Assembly (NCBI GenBank): GCA_965248755.1
Contig: OZ252149.1
Coordinates: forward strand, 2,720,001 to 2,784,000
DNA from: Candidatus Latescibacterota bacterium
GTDB taxonomy: Bacteria; Latescibacterota; CBDEFO01
Length of the DNA: 64,000 bases
Reading direction: 5' to 3'
This document shows, in pieces, positions 27,773 through 39,460 of the stretch (its first letter is position 1; each line of letters begins with the position of its first letter). The position numbers were made by a program, and so were the translations under genes. Under the pieces are notes generated by a model. That model was given only the letters and a program-made list of their open reading frames with translations, searched no databases and had not been told where the DNA came from.

Positions 27773-28219
27773 TCAGTTATTCAGGAGTCTTTCTTTATCG
27801 AATATCATCTCCTGTCTGTTCAAGCCTATAGGAGGTCTCTTATTCGTCATCACGATAGCTTCCTCGGGACACGCCTCGATGCAGTATCCGCAGAAGATGC
27901 ACCTGAGCATATCTATTTCAAACTTTGATGGATATTTTTCTCTATCCTCCCAGGGAGCGGGCTCAGCTTCTATAGTTATACAGTGAGCGGGACACGCCGT
28001 AGCGCACATATAGCACGCCACGCACTTTTCCCTTCCTTGCTCATCCCTTGTAAGTTTATGAATGCCCCTGAAGCGTGGAGACGGTGTAAGCACCTCCTCG
28101 GGGTACTGCAGAGTGAACTTTCTACCCAGAAGATGCTTGAAGGTCAAGGTCAGACCCTTTAGTATCGTCGGAAGATATAGCCTGTCCCACAGGCTCATCG
28201 TGTAGCTCTTTCTCATCAT
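27773..28219 (-). CDS. nuoI: NADH-quinone oxidoreductase subunit I-like 2x[4Fe-4S] protein (stand-alone)
   Basis: TLQYPE, RFRG.H.L, CVACYMCATACP, RCIFCGYCIEACPEEAI; GAGGAG RBS. Confidence 0.88.
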   Translation of the reverse strand: MMRKSYTMSLWDRLYLPTILKGLTLTFKHLLGRKFTLQYPEEVLTPSPRFRGIHKLTRDEQGREKCVACYMCATACPAHCITIEAEPAPWEDREKYPSKFEIDMLRCIFCGYCIEACPEEAIVMTNKRPPIGLNRQEMIFDKERLLNN

Positions 28220-29825
28220 CTATCTCCTCGTCTTGATAAGGTGACATGTTGAAAGCATAAGATCTTCCAGTGTATCGCGAAGTCTTGGTTTGCCTTATCA
28301 CATTTACCTTTACCTCACCGGAATACGTCATCTCAGAGCGGATCTTCCCTGCGATCTCCGAGGCTAGGGTCCAGGTCTGTTGATCATCTATTTTCTTCGG
28401 GGTAACCAGGACTCTTATTTCACGACCGGCGTTTATGGCGTAAGCGTCTCGAACTCCGGGGAATGTACGTGCTAACGCCTCTAAATCCTTTATCCTTTTT
28501 ATGTATTTTTCGGGATCTTCCATGCGTGCTCCCGGCCTTGCCGCAGAAATAGCGTCCGCTGCAGCGATCAAAAACGCTATGGGAGAGGGGGAATCTACGC
28601 TCGCCTCTTCGTGGTGATACACTATAGCGTCCTGCACCTCTTTTGGCTCACCGTACCTCTTAGCTAGTGAGAGACCTATCTCCACGTGCGTCCCCTCCAT
28701 CTCGTGATCGACAGACTTGCCTATGTCGTGAAAGAGCCCAGCTCTTCTGGCTATGTTGCCGTCTAAACCCAACTCTGAGGCCATGACCCCTGCCAGCAGA
28801 GCCGCCTCTTTGGAGTGTTCAAGGACGCTCTGACCGTAACTCGTCCTGAATTTCAACTTCCCCAAGAGGCTCACTATCTCAGGATGAACGTCTTTAATAT
28901 TCAATTCCTCAAGTACTTTTGTGCCTTCATCAACGACTATCTTTCTCACATCTTCTGACGCACTTTTGACCACATCACCAACCCTTTTGGGATTTATCTT
29001 CCCCTCGACTACCAGCCTCTCCATAGCGATTTTTGCCGTCTCTCGCTTGATCGAATCGAACGAGGACAAAACTATTGCCTCAGGCGTGTCGTTCACGATG
29101 ACCTTGACTCCTGTGGCAGTCTCAAAGGCTCGTATGTTCCTCCCCTCTCTCCCTACGATTCTCCCCTTTATTCTATCGCTTGGCAAAGAGACTACAGATA
29201 CACTCAATTGAGTTGCTTGCTCGGAGGCGCATCGCTCTATAGCCAGCGCTATTATCTTTCTTGCCTCCCTCTCGGCTCTATCGTGGGCCCTTCCCACTAT
29301 TTCCCTCTCGACTTCCGTACCCTGAAGTTCCGCTTTGCTTTTCAACTCCTCTAAAAGTGCCCTTTTTGCCTCTTCCATGCTCAACATGGATGTCTTTTCT
29401 AACTTAAGCTCGTACTCAAACATCGCCTTAGAGAGTTGCTCGCCCTTTTCCTCTATATCCGCTTCTTTGGATTTATATTCTTCCATCTTACTTTTGAGGT
29501 CACTTTCCTTCTTGCCCAACAGAGTGGATTTCTCATCTAAGGCCCCCTCTTTTTCTATCAGCGCACTTTCGGTGCTGGTCAACTCTAATCTTTTTGCCTC
29601 GATATTCTCTTCAAGTTCGGTTCTTTCTTTGTACCACTCTTTCTTCTCCTCTAAGAACTGAGATCTCCTTTTTCTGTCCACCTCTTCGATCAACTTAGTG
29701 GCATTTCTTTGAGCAGCTCTTTCAGTTTTGTTCAGTGCCTTGGCTTTGGTCTTTGCGCACAGGATCCAACCTGCAAAGAAGAATAGAAGGGCCCCGGCGA
29801 AGGCACCTACAAGTCCCAGCAACAT
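28122..29825 (-). CDS. rny: Ribonuclease Y
   Basis: N-terminal TM, coiled coil, KH (KGRIVGREGRNIR), HD (HDIGK), AINAGREIRV. Confidence 0.95.
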   Translation of the reverse strand: MLLGLVGAFAGALLFFFAGWILCAKTKAKALNKTERAAQRNATKLIEEVDRKRRSQFLEEKKEWYKERTELEENIEAKRLELTSTESALIEKEGALDEKSTLLGKKESDLKSKMEEYKSKEADIEEKGEQLSKAMFEYELKLEKTSMLSMEEAKRALLEELKSKAELQGTEVEREIVGRAHDRAEREARKIIALAIERCASEQATQLSVSVVSLPSDRIKGRIVGREGRNIRAFETATGVKVIVNDTPEAIVLSSFDSIKRETAKIAMERLVVEGKINPKRVGDVVKSASEDVRKIVVDEGTKVLEELNIKDVHPEIVSLLGKLKFRTSYGQSVLEHSKEAALLAGVMASELGLDGNIARRAGLFHDIGKSVDHEMEGTHVEIGLSLAKRYGEPKEVQDAIVYHHEEASVDSPSPIAFLIAAADAISAARPGARMEDPEKYIKRIKDLEALARTFPGVRDAYAINAGREIRVLVTPKKIDDQQTWTLASEIAGKIRSEMTYSGEVKVNVIRQTKTSRYTGRSYAFNMSPYQDEEIDDEKELHDEPVGQAISSDDTKGSDLDLQASSG

Positions 29826-29991
29826 AGGAATCTCCCGCGTTTCATATTCTGTACACCCAAAAGTCTATTTTTAAAAAAGTTTCTCCCCAAAAGAGTTCCT
29901 TCGATTCTTTTTCGAGTTCATCTTCCAGCTAGTGGGTGTTCCACTTAAATGTCTTTTGGAGATAACAACTGATACCTCTAAACGAAGTACC

Positions 29992-31008
29992 TCACTCTAC
30001 GAAGTAACTTACTCTGTCTTTCTTATACTCCTTGGTGCTGAAGAGAATATCGTAATGGGTAATTCCCGTACGATTTGAGATCTCCTCAGCTGTTTGTTTA
30101 CACTGATCCACCTTCTTTGCATGGATCATAGTAAAGAGATTATACGGCCAATCGGGATATGTGCGACGCTGGTAACAGTGGCTTATCTGGGGGAAGGACA
30201 TAGCCTCCTTTACCAGCTGTTCGATCTTATCTTCAGGGGCTACCCATACTGCCATCCCATTTGCCGAAAATCCCGCCTTTCTGTGTCTCAGGATGGCGCT
30301 GAAGCGGCGCATAAATCCTCTCTCAATCAACTCTTTTGCTTTATCTATTATTCCCGTTTGAGTTGTTCCTAACCTTTTAGCCATTCCTACAAACGGAAAC
30401 TCTGCTATCTCCAGGTCCTTTTGAAGCTCTCTTATCGACTCCTTGTCCTGTTGGGTGATGGAATCGGGGCTATCCGGTTTACGAGCTTCCAGAGAATCCG
30501 GGTTGTCCTTTTCCTGAGGCTTTGAATCTCCATTATCCGTCATATCTAACTTCACACTGATCTTAAAGAGCCTCAGGTTTGTCAATATGATATACTTTTC
30601 CACACCGTCTTCCTTTGCCGCTTCCTCTACATCTCGCTCAAGGCTACCATTAGGTGGAACAGCTATCGTAAACCACAGATTATACGCGTGATTCCGCTTG
30701 TAGTTGTGGCTGACCCCGGGATGCCTGTTCAAGACCTGTGCGACATCGGCTATCTTGTTCGGATCGATCCTCATCGCCACCAAGGAACTTTTGTATCCAA
30801 GAGCCCTTGTATCAAAAATGGCGCTGATCTGGCGGACTATCCCACTATCCTTTTTGAGATCCAGGATTCGATTTATTGCCTCATCTTCAGAGATACCCAC
30901 TTTACCTCCAATGGCCTCAAACGGCCTTACTACAAGTGGGAAATCCCACTGCATAACGTTCAAAATCTTCTTGTCGATCCCATCGAGTTCTCTTACGAGC
31001 TTTGCCAC
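29992..31008 (-). CDS. ahbAB: Fused siroheme decarboxylase AhbA/AhbB (NirDL-like, Lrp/AsnC fold x2)
   Basis: FPLVVRPF, VSHNYKR...YNLWFT in the first half; HRKAGF.ANGM.VW, SHCYQR..YPDWPYNLFTMIH, EYKK in the second. Confidence 0.88.
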   Translation of the reverse strand: MAKLVRELDGIDKKILNVMQWDFPLVVRPFEAIGGKVGISEDEAINRILDLKKDSGIVRQISAIFDTRALGYKSSLVAMRIDPNKIADVAQVLNRHPGVSHNYKRNHAYNLWFTIAVPPNGSLERDVEEAAKEDGVEKYIILTNLRLFKISVKLDMTDNGDSKPQEKDNPDSLEARKPDSPDSITQQDKESIRELQKDLEIAEFPFVGMAKRLGTTQTGIIDKAKELIERGFMRRFSAILRHRKAGFSANGMAVWVAPEDKIEQLVKEAMSFPQISHCYQRRTYPDWPYNLFTMIHAKKVDQCKQTAEEISNRTGITHYDILFSTKEYKKDRVSYFVE

Positions 31009-31047
31009 AGTTGGATCTCCGTCCTTTCTTGCTTTTCGAGGGCGCTG

Positions 31048-32433
<1,386 letters not shown>

Positions 32434-32533
32434 CTACCTCCGCATTTTAAAATAACGCCGCCAAGCTCACAAAGGTCAATATCCTATCTGACCCGAACTC
32501 ACCGCTCATTGCTTGCTTAACCCAAGAATTTGG

Positions 32534-32562
32534 TTGACACTTATCGGCTTATGTTCTATATT
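32534..32562 (+). promoter_or_regulatory. sigma70 promoter
   Basis: TTGACA, 17-nt spacer, TATATT. Confidence 0.7.
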
Positions 32563-32635
32563 TCAAATCCCTCAACGTTTTTCAAAGCAGAATATCCGCT
32601 GCAAATAGACTATCTGATTGACAGGAGAACCACAA

Positions 32636-33472
32636 ATGAGTAGCAGTGTCTTTTTCCTCGTATTTAGCCAGCTTTCCATAGGTGGGGCGGTGGTACTTAC
32701 GATCGTTCCCGCCTATGTGTGGAGAGGGTTTTTCAGAGCTGTAGGCTTTTTGCTTTTGATAGTATCGACATTAAGCCTATTGACCGCCCAATCGCCATTT
32801 GAAGAAAGCGGAATAACTTTCTCGTCAATGACCAAACTTGTATCAGATTGGAGCGGGCGGCAATATCTTTTCTTTCTCCTGTTCTCTATTCTTTTTCTAG
32901 TGTATAATGTGGCCTTACAGCTCCAAAAAGAGCAATTGATGAGATATTCTATACGGCTCTGTGCTCTGACGGGCAGCTGTGCGCTATTTAGCAAAGCCAT
33001 GTCGTATCTAATGCCTTCAACGCTCTTGTGGGAAAGCATTGTCATTCCGGCTAACTTTTTCCTCTCCTCTCTGTCTTTAGGTTTAGTTCTGGATGCCATG
33101 ATACTGGGACACTGGTACTTGGTCGAGCCTAAATTCACACTTGTTCCTTTAAGACGCTTAAGCAGGCTTCTCCTTATCTGTCTTGGGATACAGAGTATTT
33201 TGTTTATATCCAATCTTATCCTTCGGCCTGAGGCAGCCGAAAGCATGCTTTCTCCATTAAGTTTCTCGGGAATATGTTTTTGGGGCAGGATAGGCGTCGG
33301 GATAGTCGGAACTCTGCTGATAATGGCCGCCACACTTTACACGCTAAGAGATCCTGCCCATCGCTCTGCTACGCAGGCTGCCACAGGGCTGCTCTACGTT
33401 GCAGTTCTCTTTGTTCTTGTGGGCGAGCTCTTTTCGAAATTCTTCTTCCTTACCACCTCCGTTGCACTTTAG
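32636..33472 (+). CDS. Polytopic membrane protein (about 8 TM; DmsC/NrfD-anchor-like, unassigned)
   Basis: Hydrophobic helices, MILGHWYL and ATQAATGLLY motifs; AGGAG RBS. Confidence 0.7.
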   Translation: MSSSVFFLVFSQLSIGGAVVLTIVPAYVWRGFFRAVGFLLLIVSTLSLLTAQSPFEESGITFSSMTKLVSDWSGRQYLFFLLFSILFLVYNVALQLQKEQLMRYSIRLCALTGSCALFSKAMSYLMPSTLLWESIVIPANFFLSSLSLGLVLDAMILGHWYLVEPKFTLVPLRRLSRLLLICLGIQSILFISNLILRPEAAESMLSPLSFSGICFWGRIGVGIVGTLLIMAATLYTLRDPAHRSATQAATGLLYVAVLFVLVGELFSKFFFLTTSVAL

Positions 33473-34899
33473 ACTGCAGCGGGAGGTCTTAGAGATTGGA
33501 GTTCCATTCCGCACGTTTTAGAGGTCGGAAATACCTTGCCGGGATTGCACAGGCCATCGGGGTTGAAGGCGGCCTTTAACTCCTTCATAACCTCCATGTC
33601 CGCATCGCTGAAGATCAGTGGCATATAGCTTACTTTTTCTATTCCGATGCCGTGCTCACCTGTGATCGTCCCTCCGACATCTACGCACACCTTTAGAATC
33701 TCGCCACCTGCCTTCAGAACTCTTTGTACCTCCTCTTCATCCCTCTCGTCAAAGAGGATAATAGGATGCAGATTGCCGTCTCCTGCGTGGAACACGTTAG
33801 CGATTCTCAAAGAGTACTTTTGGGCTATCCTTGCTACCTCTTGAAGGACCTCTGGAAGTTTTGTCCTTGGGACTACTCCGTCCTGGGTGCAGTAGCTGGG
33901 GCTTAGGCGACCCACAGCGCCGAACGCTCCCTTTCTGCTCTTCCACAGTAGCTGCCTTTCCGCTTCGTCCTTTGCCACCTGTATCTTGGAGGCGTTGTTC
34001 TCCTTGAAGACCTCGACGACTCTGTCTCTAAGCTCCTCTATGCCCGTCTCCAGACCGTCAAGCTCCACTATTAAGGCCGCCTTTGCGCCTTCGGGAAAGC
34101 CGAAGTGATACGCGGCCTCCACAGCTTCGATGATAAGTTCATCCATCATCTCTAAAGCCGCAGGTAGGATGCCTCTGCCTATAATCCCCGACACAGCGTT
34201 GCTTGCGTCGTCTACACTGTCGAAGATCGCCAGCAGAGTGCTGAAAGCTTCGGGGCTTCTTAAAAGCCGTACGATTGCCTCAGTCACGATGCCGAACGTC
34301 CCCTCAGACCCTACAATCACGCCTGTAAGATCGTATCCCGGACTGTCGGTTGTCCTCCCGCCTAAACGGACTATCTTTCCATCTGGCAGGACCATTTCAA
34401 CTCCTAACACGTGATTTGTGGTCACGCCGTACTTTAGAGTGTGTGGTCCTCCCGAATTTTCAGCTATGTTACCTCCGATGGTGCACGCCTGCTGACTGGA
34501 GGGGTCGGGAGCATAAAGATAACCCCTATCTTGCACCTCTTCTGTAACCCATAGATTCACAACCCCTGCCTCGACAACCGCGATCTTATTTTCCAGGTCC
34601 ACCTCTAAAATTCTATCCATCCTGTTAAGGGCTATCATGATCCCGCCATCTACGGGGAGGCATCCTCCGCTTAGGCCTGTCCCTGCACCTCTTGGGATAA
34701 ACGGGACTTGCTCTTTGTTTGCATACTTTACAATCTTTGATACCTGTTCTGTGTTCTGAGGAAAGACCACGACGTCCGGCAACGACTTCTCTATAGTGTA
34801 TCCGTCGCACTCATAGACGGCCAGTTCGTCCTCCTGGTGGACCAGGTTCCCTGCTCCTACTATCTTTTCAAGTTCCTTTACAAGCTTCTGTTTATCCAA
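33469..34899 (-). CDS. glcD: FAD-linked oxidase, glycolate oxidase subunit GlcD-like
   Basis: RGAGTGLSGG, PDPSSQ.ACTIGGN, NVFHAGDGNLHP, GEHGIG, NPGK. Confidence 0.88.
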   Translation of the reverse strand: MDKQKLVKELEKIVGAGNLVHQEDELAVYECDGYTIEKSLPDVVVFPQNTEQVSKIVKYANKEQVPFIPRGAGTGLSGGCLPVDGGIMIALNRMDRILEVDLENKIAVVEAGVVNLWVTEEVQDRGYLYAPDPSSQQACTIGGNIAENSGGPHTLKYGVTTNHVLGVEMVLPDGKIVRLGGRTTDSPGYDLTGVIVGSEGTFGIVTEAIVRLLRSPEAFSTLLAIFDSVDDASNAVSGIIGRGILPAALEMMDELIIEAVEAAYHFGFPEGAKAALIVELDGLETGIEELRDRVVEVFKENNASKIQVAKDEAERQLLWKSRKGAFGAVGRLSPSYCTQDGVVPRTKLPEVLQEVARIAQKYSLRIANVFHAGDGNLHPIILFDERDEEEVQRVLKAGGEILKVCVDVGGTITGEHGIGIEKVSYMPLIFSDADMEVMKELKAAFNPDGLCNPGKVFPTSKTCGMELQSLRPPAAV

Positions 34900-35117
34900 A
34901 AAAGATCATCCGATTGGCACAGCGGTGCAGGTCATGCCTGCCATATTTCCTTTTGCGTTGATGTTGAATGCAGTTTTCTCCACTGCAACAGGGCCCTCGT
35001 TACTATAGATCGGCCCGATGCGAAGAAGGAGGGTAAGGGCTGCGACTGAAAATATGTCTATCAAGTTCATCTGCATCATCTGCTTACGAGGAAGTATGTT
35101 TCTGACCTTTATCCGGG

Positions 35118-36098
35118 TTATCTCCTTACAGATGGGAGATCTTTGAAGGAGAAGCGAGTCTCCACCCACTTATGCGCACGACCGTCTATCTCTACACAGG
35201 GATAGATAAAGTAGTTGATCGGTTCTCCTTCCTGTGGAGGGGTGAGCACGATATCGCGGCCCACCGAAAGCTGCACCCGATTCTCGTCGTGTGCTCCGAA
35301 ATAGTAGTCGAATAACTCCGGGTGCTTGCTGGCCTCCGAACTATCCACCGGCCACCAACCGAGCCCCGTCAGGTGGAGCGCGGCCCAGCAGTGGTAGCCT
35401 GAGATCGCCCCGCTGCCCCGCGCATGAGGTAGTGGGAAACCGATCTCGAACTGGGCAGGGATGCCCACAGCGCGGGCCATACCGATCAACAGGGCATGAA
35501 AGTCAGTGCAATTCCCCCGGCGCACCGTGCACGCGTAGAGGGCGTCACCCTGTCCCCATCCCTCTCCACTCTTATCGTAAGTGACATTCCGACTCACAAA
35601 GTCGTAGATCGCCCGGGCATTCTGAAGGTCGGTCGTCGCCTCAACGGTCACGCCAGCAGCCAGTCGGGCCACCACACCGTCGATCGGCACCAGCCGGTTT
35701 GGAGAGAGAAACTGCTCCAGGTGGGCTGTTGCCACGCCGTCCGACCCTTCTGGGCGGCGTTCCTTTCGAAGAACCGTAAACTGCATCCGGACCGAAACTT
35801 TCTGCTGCCGGGGAGGCTGGGCGCTCAGGTAGAGGATAGCGTTGTCGTACTCCAGATCGCGGGTTACCCGAGTCGCGTAATCGGTCTCTACCTTCACCTC
35901 TCCGATGTTCTGATATGGGTCGGACTCCGGATAGGGCAGCCAGACCTCTACCCGCCTTGCGCCCTCCGGGATGTTCCGCACTTCTGCCTCGTACGTGAAC
36001 TCAAAAAAGCGTTGCCGCGGCTCTTCCATGGCGGCAGATGCCGACGCCGCAGCGGCCAGGAGGCCGCAGAAGATCAGGCTCTTTTTCGTCGAACTCAC
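35118..36098 (-). CDS. Secreted transglutaminase-like protein
   Basis: Signal peptide from GTG 36098; GNCTDFH, GYHCWA, WWPVD catalytic triad; GC-richer than its neighbours. Confidence 0.85.
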   Translation of the reverse strand: MSSTKKSLIFCGLLAAAASASAAMEEPRQRFFEFTYEAEVRNIPEGARRVEVWLPYPESDPYQNIGEVKVETDYATRVTRDLEYDNAILYLSAQPPRQQKVSVRMQFTVLRKERRPEGSDGVATAHLEQFLSPNRLVPIDGVVARLAAGVTVEATTDLQNARAIYDFVSRNVTYDKSGEGWGQGDALYACTVRRGNCTDFHALLIGMARAVGIPAQFEIGFPLPHARGSGAISGYHCWAALHLTGLGWWPVDSSEASKHPELFDYYFGAHDENRVQLSVGRDIVLTPPQEGEPINYFIYPCVEIDGRAHKWVETRFSFKDLPSVRR

Positions 36099-36292
36099 AT
36101 TAATGCTCTCCGGAGTTTCCTTGAGGAAACGTGTGGAAATCGACTCACCCCGCGCGGGATTAGGTTGGCTGACCCTCACAAGTTACAACGGCTTTGAAGT
36201 CCCACGAGGCCACCAGCAAGAAGAAGCACTCGCAGACACGGAGCATAAACAGATCGGCGCAAAGCAGAGCCCACGTTTTACCGCTCTCCGCT

Positions 36293-36790
36293 TTACTGGC
36301 GTTTCCAGACACCCTGCTCTTCTTTCCACGTGTAACGGGCGATTCCACCCACTTTGTGGATCATGATCTCGTTCACCTGCAGGCCGGATTCGGACTTGCG
36401 CATAAAGAAATCCAGATCGTAAAGACGATTGTCAGGTGTCTTGAAATCTGCGCAGGCAAAATAGCGATCCTTGCCCACCTTGGCAAGGCGGTCATCGTGA
36501 ACGCGGTCCAGAGTCAGCGTGAGGGCCTTCCGCACCTGTCGGTCATAGATTAAAAAAAACCCCCCCTTCAGCGCGGCGTCCCCTTTAAGGTAGTCTGAAA
36601 TGTCCCGGGCCAGGGTCTCTCTTGTCACTTTGGTCTCGTGTCCTTCAGGGTGTTCCTGGGTATGCTCTTCAGCGTGTTCTTGGGGATGTTCCTCAGGGTG
36701 TTCCCCCGCCATCAGAGCGGAACCCGTAACCAGAACTGCTATTGTCACCAGGACAATGCACATGGACCGTAACTGTGTCAACCTAGTCAT
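36293..36790 (-). CDS. Secreted protein with His/Glu-rich EHP-type repeats
   Basis: Signal peptide, then GEHPEEHPQEHAEEHTQEHPEGH; GGAGG RBS; overlaps the PHP gene stop. Confidence 0.75.
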   Translation of the reverse strand: MTRLTQLRSMCIVLVTIAVLVTGSALMAGEHPEEHPQEHAEEHTQEHPEGHETKVTRETLARDISDYLKGDAALKGGFFLIYDRQVRKALTLTLDRVHDDRLAKVGKDRYFACADFKTPDNRLYDLDFFMRKSESGLQVNEIMIHKVGGIARYTWKEEQGVWKRQ

Positions 36791-37646
36791 CGTTACCTCC
36801 CTTTATATTGTCTTGCCGTATCTTTTCTGCTTTTCCCTTCATTTTTCCCACCAGGTCTTGGGACACTCCGAAGCTCCCCATCGGCGGAGCGCCATTCTTG
36901 GCGTGAAAGTCGGATCCCGCTGTTTCCAATAGATCGTGTTTGCAGGCGATCTTTCTATATCTTTGAACCTGCCTCTGGTCATGCTTGGGATGCGCTACCT
37001 CGATGCCATCTATACCAAAGGATATAAGTTCCACCACAGTACCATCGGAAAGGGCGATCCCAGGATGAGCTAAGACTGCCAATCCTCCTGCAGAATGTAT
37101 AAGGTTGATAGCATCTTTCGGAGAGATCCTGAACTTATCCGCGTAAGCTGTTCCGTTGTAGCCTATGTAGCTATCGAACGCTTCCTGAGTAGTCCTGACA
37201 AATCCCCCTTCGACCATGACTTCTGCGATGTGAGGTCTGCCCACAGAGCCATATCCCGACTTTTTGAGGACCTCTTCTATAGTAATGCCGACGCCCAAGC
37301 TATTCAATATCTCCACCATCTTTTCTGCTCTTCTTACTCGTGCATCTCTAAATTTACCGATGTAGCTCACGAGTCCCTCATTTTTGTGGTCGATAAGATA
37401 GGCTAAGATATGGATGTCCCTGCTGCTGTACTCTGAGCTTAACTCCAATCCTGGGACTATCTGGACGTCGGATTGCTCTCCCAATCTTAACGCTTCATCG
37501 ATCCCGTCTACGGTATCGTGATCGACAATGCTTATAGCCCTTAAGCTCGCTTTCACGGCAGTTTGGACTAGTTCATCTACACCGCAGTTACCATCCGAAT
37601 ATGTCGAGTGGACATGCAGATCCGCCCATATAGATATATCCGCCAC
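36783..37646 (-). CDS. PHP-domain phosphoesterase (YciV/TrpH-like)
   Basis: DLHVHSTYSDG, DHDT, GRPHIA, LAHP, GSDFH. Confidence 0.92.
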   Translation of the reverse strand: MADISIWADLHVHSTYSDGNCGVDELVQTAVKASLRAISIVDHDTVDGIDEALRLGEQSDVQIVPGLELSSEYSSRDIHILAYLIDHKNEGLVSYIGKFRDARVRRAEKMVEILNSLGVGITIEEVLKKSGYGSVGRPHIAEVMVEGGFVRTTQEAFDSYIGYNGTAYADKFRISPKDAINLIHSAGGLAVLAHPGIALSDGTVVELISFGIDGIEVAHPKHDQRQVQRYRKIACKHDLLETAGSDFHAKNGAPPMGSFGVSQDLVGKMKGKAEKIRQDNIKGGNDD

Positions 37647-37690
37647 ATATTGCCCCTTCCCATCAGGATTTTTCAGCAAAGATTATTGTG

Positions 37691-38752
37691 CTAATATTGT
37701 ATGCACTCAGAATCTACGACGTTCGGGTAGCTGTACTCCTTCCCTTCGTAGTTTCTCAGTATTATCTCATCCCCGTTGGATTTCACTACGTAATTGGGAA
37801 GAATCGGAATCTTGCCGCCACCTCCGGGGGCGTCTATTACGTAATGGGGTATGGCCATCCCGGAGGTGAAGCCCTGAAGCGACTTCATGATTTCCAGGCC
37901 TTTCTCCACGGATGTTCTGAAGTGCTCTGTCCCTGTGACGAGGTCCGCCTGATAAAGATAATACGGTTTGACTCTAATTGCAAGGAGCTTTTGCATGAGC
38001 TCCTTCATAATCTGGGCATCGTCATTTACGCCCTTTAGGAGCACTGCCTGATTCCCCAGAGGGATTCCTGCATCCGCTAACATCTCACACGCCTTTGTAG
38101 CCTCCGCTGTTACCTCATCCGGATGGTTAAAGTGCGTGTTGATGTAGAGCGGGTGGTATTTTTTCAATACCTTGCACAGATCGGGGGTTATGCGCTGAGG
38201 GAGGGCGCAGGGGACCTTGGAGCCTATCCTTAAGATCTCCAGATGAGGTATGCTCCTTAAAGATCTCAGGATATAATCGAGCCTGTCGTCAGAGAGCATG
38301 AGTGGATCGCCGCCCGAAAGGATCACGTCTCTTATCTCAGAATGATTTCGTATATATTCGATTCCCTGGTTTACGTGTTCCTTCGAGAAGAACTCAGGCT
38401 GACCGACCTTTCTTTTTCTTGTGCAGAATCTGCAATATATGGGACACTGATAGTTTACGTAGAAAAGCACCCTGTCCGGGTATCTATGAGTCAAGTTCGG
38501 AACGGGACTGTCGTCCTCTTCACCTAATGGATCATCTACTCCTATGGGATCTAAAGTCTCCTCGATTACAGGGACAGTCTGTTTCCAGAACGCATCTCCC
38601 TTCTCCTTTATCAGATCGAGCCAGTACTTATTTATCCTTATCGGGAACTCTTGGCTGACTATTTCTGCGGTCTGTTTGTCTACATCGAAATGCCTATCCA
38701 ATTGCTCGGCGGTGTGGACGCCTTCCTTCATCAGGCGTTTCCATTCTTCCAT
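37691..38752 (-). CDS. KamA-family radical SAM protein (lysine 2,3-aminomutase-like)
   Basis: HRYPDRVL, CPIYCRFCTR, SGGDPL, HFNHP, DAPGGGGKIP. Confidence 0.92.
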   Translation of the reverse strand: MEEWKRLMKEGVHTAEQLDRHFDVDKQTAEIVSQEFPIRINKYWLDLIKEKGDAFWKQTVPVIEETLDPIGVDDPLGEEDDSPVPNLTHRYPDRVLFYVNYQCPIYCRFCTRKRKVGQPEFFSKEHVNQGIEYIRNHSEIRDVILSGGDPLMLSDDRLDYILRSLRSIPHLEILRIGSKVPCALPQRITPDLCKVLKKYHPLYINTHFNHPDEVTAEATKACEMLADAGIPLGNQAVLLKGVNDDAQIMKELMQKLLAIRVKPYYLYQADLVTGTEHFRTSVEKGLEIMKSLQGFTSGMAIPHYVIDAPGGGGKIPILPNYVVKSNGDEIILRNYEGKEYSYPNVVDSECIQY

Positions 38753-38806
38753 GTCTTTATATATCCTCTTTTTTTAAAGTTTAACCTACAATTTACCTTT
38801 GGGCGC

Positions 38807-39376
38807 TTAATTCGGTCTGTTGAGAAGGTCCAAAAACTCCTCTCTTACAGGTTTATCCAGAAAGCATCCCCTTATAGCTGAAGTGGTCGTCAATGCCTCC
38901 GGTTTTTCCACCCCTCTCATCTCCATGCAAAGATGTCTTGCCTCTACCACCACCATAGCCCCCAGAGGAGAGAGTTTCTCCTCCACAAATGTTATTATCT
39001 GCTCAGTCATCCTCTCTTGAACCTGTGGTCTCCTGGCATAAAACTCAACTATTCTAGCTAACTTGCTTATGCCCAGGATGTGATCTGTTGGGATATAAGC
39101 CATGTGGGCCTTTCCGAAAAAAGGAACCAGATGGTGAGCGCACATAGAATAAAACGTGATGTCTTTCACCATCACCATGTTGTTGTAGCCTTCATCGTTG
39201 GGAAAGCAGGTTATCTTCGGCTCGTTCCCGTTATCCAGTCCACTGAACATCTCCAGATACATCTTTGCTACTCTTGTGTGAGTATCTTTAAGATTTGGAT
39301 CCGATATATCCAATCCTAATGTCTTGATGACCTCTCTTATGTGAAAACTTATCTTTTCAACCTTTTCTCTTTCCAT
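38807..39376 (-). CDS. folE: GTP cyclohydrolase I
   Basis: [43 protein letters not shown]. Confidence 0.95.
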   Translation of the reverse strand: MEREKVEKISFHIREVIKTLGLDISDPNLKDTHTRVAKMYLEMFSGLDNGNEPKITCFPNDEGYNNMVMVKDITFYSMCAHHLVPFFGKAHMAYIPTDHILGISKLARIVEFYARRPQVQERMTEQIITFVEEKLSPLGAMVVVEARHLCMEMRGVEKPEALTTTSAIRGCFLDKPVREEFLDLLNRPN

Positions 39377-39414
39377 TTGTTTCCCTCCCCGTTTACGGAT
39401 ATTCACCATTGTGC

Positions 39415-39460
39415 AAACAGAAAATGCCGGTCTACTTTAGAAAAGAGAAAGAGCCGGCAT
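39415..39460 (-). terminator. Terminator-like hairpin in the folE leader
   Basis: ATGCCGG...CCGGCAT followed by TTTCTGTTT on the minus strand, about 40 nt before folE. Confidence 0.55.

Noticed and set aside
34906..35169. 87-aa ORF between the transglutaminase-like gene and glcD
   Set aside because: It has a signal-peptide-like stretch but no family features; at most a gene remnant.
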